A stretch of 64,000 bases of DNA from Patescibacteria group bacterium (lineage in GTDB: Bacteria > Patescibacteriota > Patescibacteriia > UBA9934): positions 38,663 to 102,662 of the forward strand of contig JBBTSM010000003.1 of the NCBI GenBank assembly GCA_038064675.1, read 5' to 3'. The stretch's first letter is position 1. Each line of letters opens with the position of its first letter. The position numbers were made by a program, and so were the translations under genes. The notes under the pieces are model-generated. The model searched no databases, was not told the origin of the DNA, and saw nothing but the letters and a program-made list of their open reading frames with translations. This document shows positions 61,580 through 64,000 of this stretch, in pieces.

Positions 61580-62437
61580 ATGCGTTTCAAGCTGTTCCAA
61601 AATTTGAATAGACTTCGAATTGTAAGGGACATTTGTCCGTTACCAGGGTTTCCGTCGCACGATGCATCTCTCTGGAAAGGGCGAGCAACGCTCACGCAGT
61701 TCCCCATCATCGAACACGCAAACGGCTATACCGTCACGGATTTCAAGAATCGTTTCATCACGTGGCACAGAACGTTTACCAGCGATCATCACATTCCCGA
61801 TCTCGAGTCGAAGAGCTTCATTCATATTCACGAATGGATTCCTCCGACGTATGTCAAAAACGTTCCAGGATTCTTTTCCTTCAGCATGGACCATTTTGAG
61901 GCGGTCACCATTCTCACGCCAGAGCCGACCAAGCTGTGGAGTTCGCAGGCTCGCAGACACCTTTCATCAGCAAAGAAACATCCCGATCTCAAACTTCGCT
62001 TCGGCACGATCGATGAAATGGCGAACATGCTGCCGACATCGCAGGTTCCGAAATCTCTCCATCAAACATTTCTCGACTTCGCCAAGCGCCACACCGCCGC
62101 ACATCCTGAAGACGTCGAAGTCCTTATCGCGACACTCAACGATCAGCCCGTTGCGGGATTCATCGCAGGCTACTGCCTTGAGGCAAAAGAAAGTTCCTAC
62201 CTCGTTGGCTGTTTTACCGGCGACGGCGGCAAGGTTCACGCCATGGTTGCATTGGTTGCGTGGTGGTTTGAACGATGCGCAGCACGAGGCATGGTGCACG
62301 CAAACTTTGGCGACATCGTCGGCCCACAACCATTCCCCTTTGACGACTTCATCGGCTACTCCAACTTCAAAACCCACTTCAACATCCATCGCGTATGGAT
62401 GCCGGGCAGCAGATGGAGCGTCTCCTTATCGTTCTAA
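61580..62437 (+). CDS. GNAT/FemAB-like acyltransferase-fold protein
   Basis: WSSQARRHL, PVAG, ANFG, GYSNFKTHF pattern. Confidence 0.65.
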   Translation: MRFKLFQNLNRLRIVRDICPLPGFPSHDASLWKGRATLTQFPIIEHANGYTVTDFKNRFITWHRTFTSDHHIPDLESKSFIHIHEWIPPTYVKNVPGFFSFSMDHFEAVTILTPEPTKLWSSQARRHLSSAKKHPDLKLRFGTIDEMANMLPTSQVPKSLHQTFLDFAKRHTAAHPEDVEVLIATLNDQPVAGFIAGYCLEAKESSYLVGCFTGDGGKVHAMVALVAWWFERCAARGMVHANFGDIVGPQPFPFDDFIGYSNFKTHFNIHRVWMPGSRWSVSLSF

Positions 62438-62941
62438 TTCCTTCACGACGCTCTTTTCCAAATCAACCAGGTCAAGCACTTCTTTCATTCGCGACAAATC
62501 CTTGACATCAAGTTCTTTTACCAGCAACTTCTTCTCAACGCGCTCAATCATCCGAAGAATCTGTGTGATTTCCTGCTCGGCAGTAACGTTCACTTGGAAG
62601 TCGAGCTCTTCTCGAAGGTCTGCGATCTTCGCAGCGCGATTCTGGCTCACCAACACGATAATCGACAAGAAGATTGCTTCAAGCGACACCACCATTGTTA
62701 ACATACCGTACGGATACGGATCGAACGGCGCAAATCCAGGAATCACGTGCGAATTCGCAATAATCCATGCGAGGAATACCACAGCGTTCAATGTAAAGAA
62801 CGCGATCGTCCCAAATGAGTCCGTCAGAAAATCCGCAATGCGCTCGCTCATGCTGCGCTTGCGATTCATTTCCGCAGAAAACACCGGCATGCGCCGCTTC
62901 ACCCCGCGAACCGTAGTTCGCCCCCTCCTATTTTGCGACAT
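62426..62941 (-). CDS. DUF1003 membrane protein
   Basis: ERIAD, FDPYPY, SLEAIF...VSQNR. Confidence 0.92.
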   Translation of the reverse strand: MSQNRRGRTTVRGVKRRMPVFSAEMNRKRSMSERIADFLTDSFGTIAFFTLNAVVFLAWIIANSHVIPGFAPFDPYPYGMLTMVVSLEAIFLSIIVLVSQNRAAKIADLREELDFQVNVTAEQEITQILRMIERVEKKLLVKELDVKDLSRMKEVLDLVDLEKSVVKELER

Positions 62942-62964
62942 AGATGCCTTAAGTGTATCACGGC

Positions 62965-63825
62965 CTACAGTTCAGATCGCATGATCTCAACCGCAATCGG
63001 TCCAGCCACATACGGCGCAATCAGATACGGATTGTAAAAGATACCAATAGCTTCTGGCGTGGTGTAAAAGATCGCATCGTCGATATAGCGATGTGTCTGC
63101 TCGTCTGTTGGGTTCGCTACATACGCATTGAACTCGCTCAACGATTCTTCGAACAACTGATCTGCATTATTGTCGATAAGCCATTGTTTTTCTTTTACCT
63201 CGAACGCAGTGAGTCTTGTCGAGCCGATGATGTCGCGCAACGAAAGCTGCTTTCCCGTCTTCACATCAAAGTTCAAGAACAGCTGCGTGATATTCGGATG
63301 TGCGCCACCTTGATTCAAGTAGTTCGATAATCCAATCGAAAGAATCCCATTCGCATTCTGCTTAATGTCATAGCCAACTTCGCTCGTCCACGCTTGCTGA
63401 GCGGATTCGATTGGGTCATCCATCTGTGCGACGAGATCGGTAAGATCCGCTTTGCACGACGACACGAAGCTTGTTGCAGCGTGATCGAGATCCTCGTCAC
63501 CATCGGTGGTGAGAAATTCCTTTACCGATACAGTAATCTGCGCATTGATCGAATCCTGAATAACCGTTAGGGCACCAGATACGTCCTCAATCTGCGGATA
63601 GAGCAATTTCACGTCGCACCCGCCAGTCCCTTCAACATCCTCATGACGCGTCTGAATCACTTCACGGAACGTAAGATCCTTTCCGGCGGCAACATTCACG
63701 AGGTAACCATCTTGCGGATCAAGCTCAGGAAGATCTGCCTCCCATTGTCGAAAAAGGAAGTATCCCCCAGACGTAAGCACCACCACAACTGCCAGGCTTA
63801 ACACAATATTGCTCAGATTCTTCAT
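62965..63825 (-). CDS. DUF3298/DUF4163 (RsiV-like) exported protein
   Basis: YPQI, GGAHP, NFDVKTGKQLSLRD, YNPYLIAPYVAG. Confidence 0.85.
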   Translation of the reverse strand: MKNLSNIVLSLAVVVVLTSGGYFLFRQWEADLPELDPQDGYLVNVAAGKDLTFREVIQTRHEDVEGTGGCDVKLLYPQIEDVSGALTVIQDSINAQITVSVKEFLTTDGDEDLDHAATSFVSSCKADLTDLVAQMDDPIESAQQAWTSEVGYDIKQNANGILSIGLSNYLNQGGAHPNITQLFLNFDVKTGKQLSLRDIIGSTRLTAFEVKEKQWLIDNNADQLFEESLSEFNAYVANPTDEQTHRYIDDAIFYTTPEAIGIFYNPYLIAPYVAGPIAVEIMRSEL

Positions 63826-63863
63826 ATGAAGGAATCCTAGCAGATCCTGACGAGAAACAAACG

Positions 63864-64000
63864 TTACTTTGTGGAAAGAATCCCGTCAGCAACATCGAGC
63901 GCGGATTCCACATTTGTCGGATTCCTCATAAAACTTCCATGGTCTCCCGTCGCATCGTCAATAAACAAAGGCACAGTGGCTCCAAATCCTTCGAGGATAT
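63864..64000 (-). CDS. 3' end of a gene entering from outside the window
   Basis: Open frame ...ILEGFGATVPLFIDDATGDHGSFMRNPTNVESALDVADGILSTK*. Confidence 0.55.
   Translation of the reverse strand, partial: ILEGFGATVPLFIDDATGDHGSFMRNPTNVESALDVADGILSTK

Overview
Gene-dense chromosomal segment, mostly on the minus strand, using standard code 11 (TGA is a stop). Gene content points to a Patescibacteria/CPR bacterium, possibly Uhrbacteria-like (inference): a solo VirD4/TraD-like ATPase, a membrane-anchored Clp ATPase, a pilM-pilD block and many orphans. Housekeeping genes are cysS, a DEAD helicase, dsbA-like, lgt, gatAC, ligA, rnhA, recJ, lepA, mnmA, rluA-like, secA, murC, hpf, murB, glyA, folD and uvrAB. 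There are three tRNA genes. No CRISPR array, prophage or rRNA was seen. The main discovery is at least seven families of tiny (20-90 bp) repeats, mostly palindromic. They sit in intergenic DNA and also in frame inside essential genes (cysS, ligA, mnmA twice, secA, uvrB), and one sits in a tRNA anticodon loop. Two candidate driver genes are present. One is a DUF559 endonuclease bounded by perfect 36-bp inverted repeats and a 7-bp direct repeat; relatives of its repeat occur in ligA, mnmA and uvrB. The other is a RAYT transposase whose REP appears to overwrite codons in cysS. The same 31-nt GA-mismatch hairpin appears to replace one nucleotide (net +30 nt) both in a tRNA-Pro anticodon and inside another repeat within mnmA. 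Start codons were curated by eye, and protein family calls come from recognised motifs rather than database searches.
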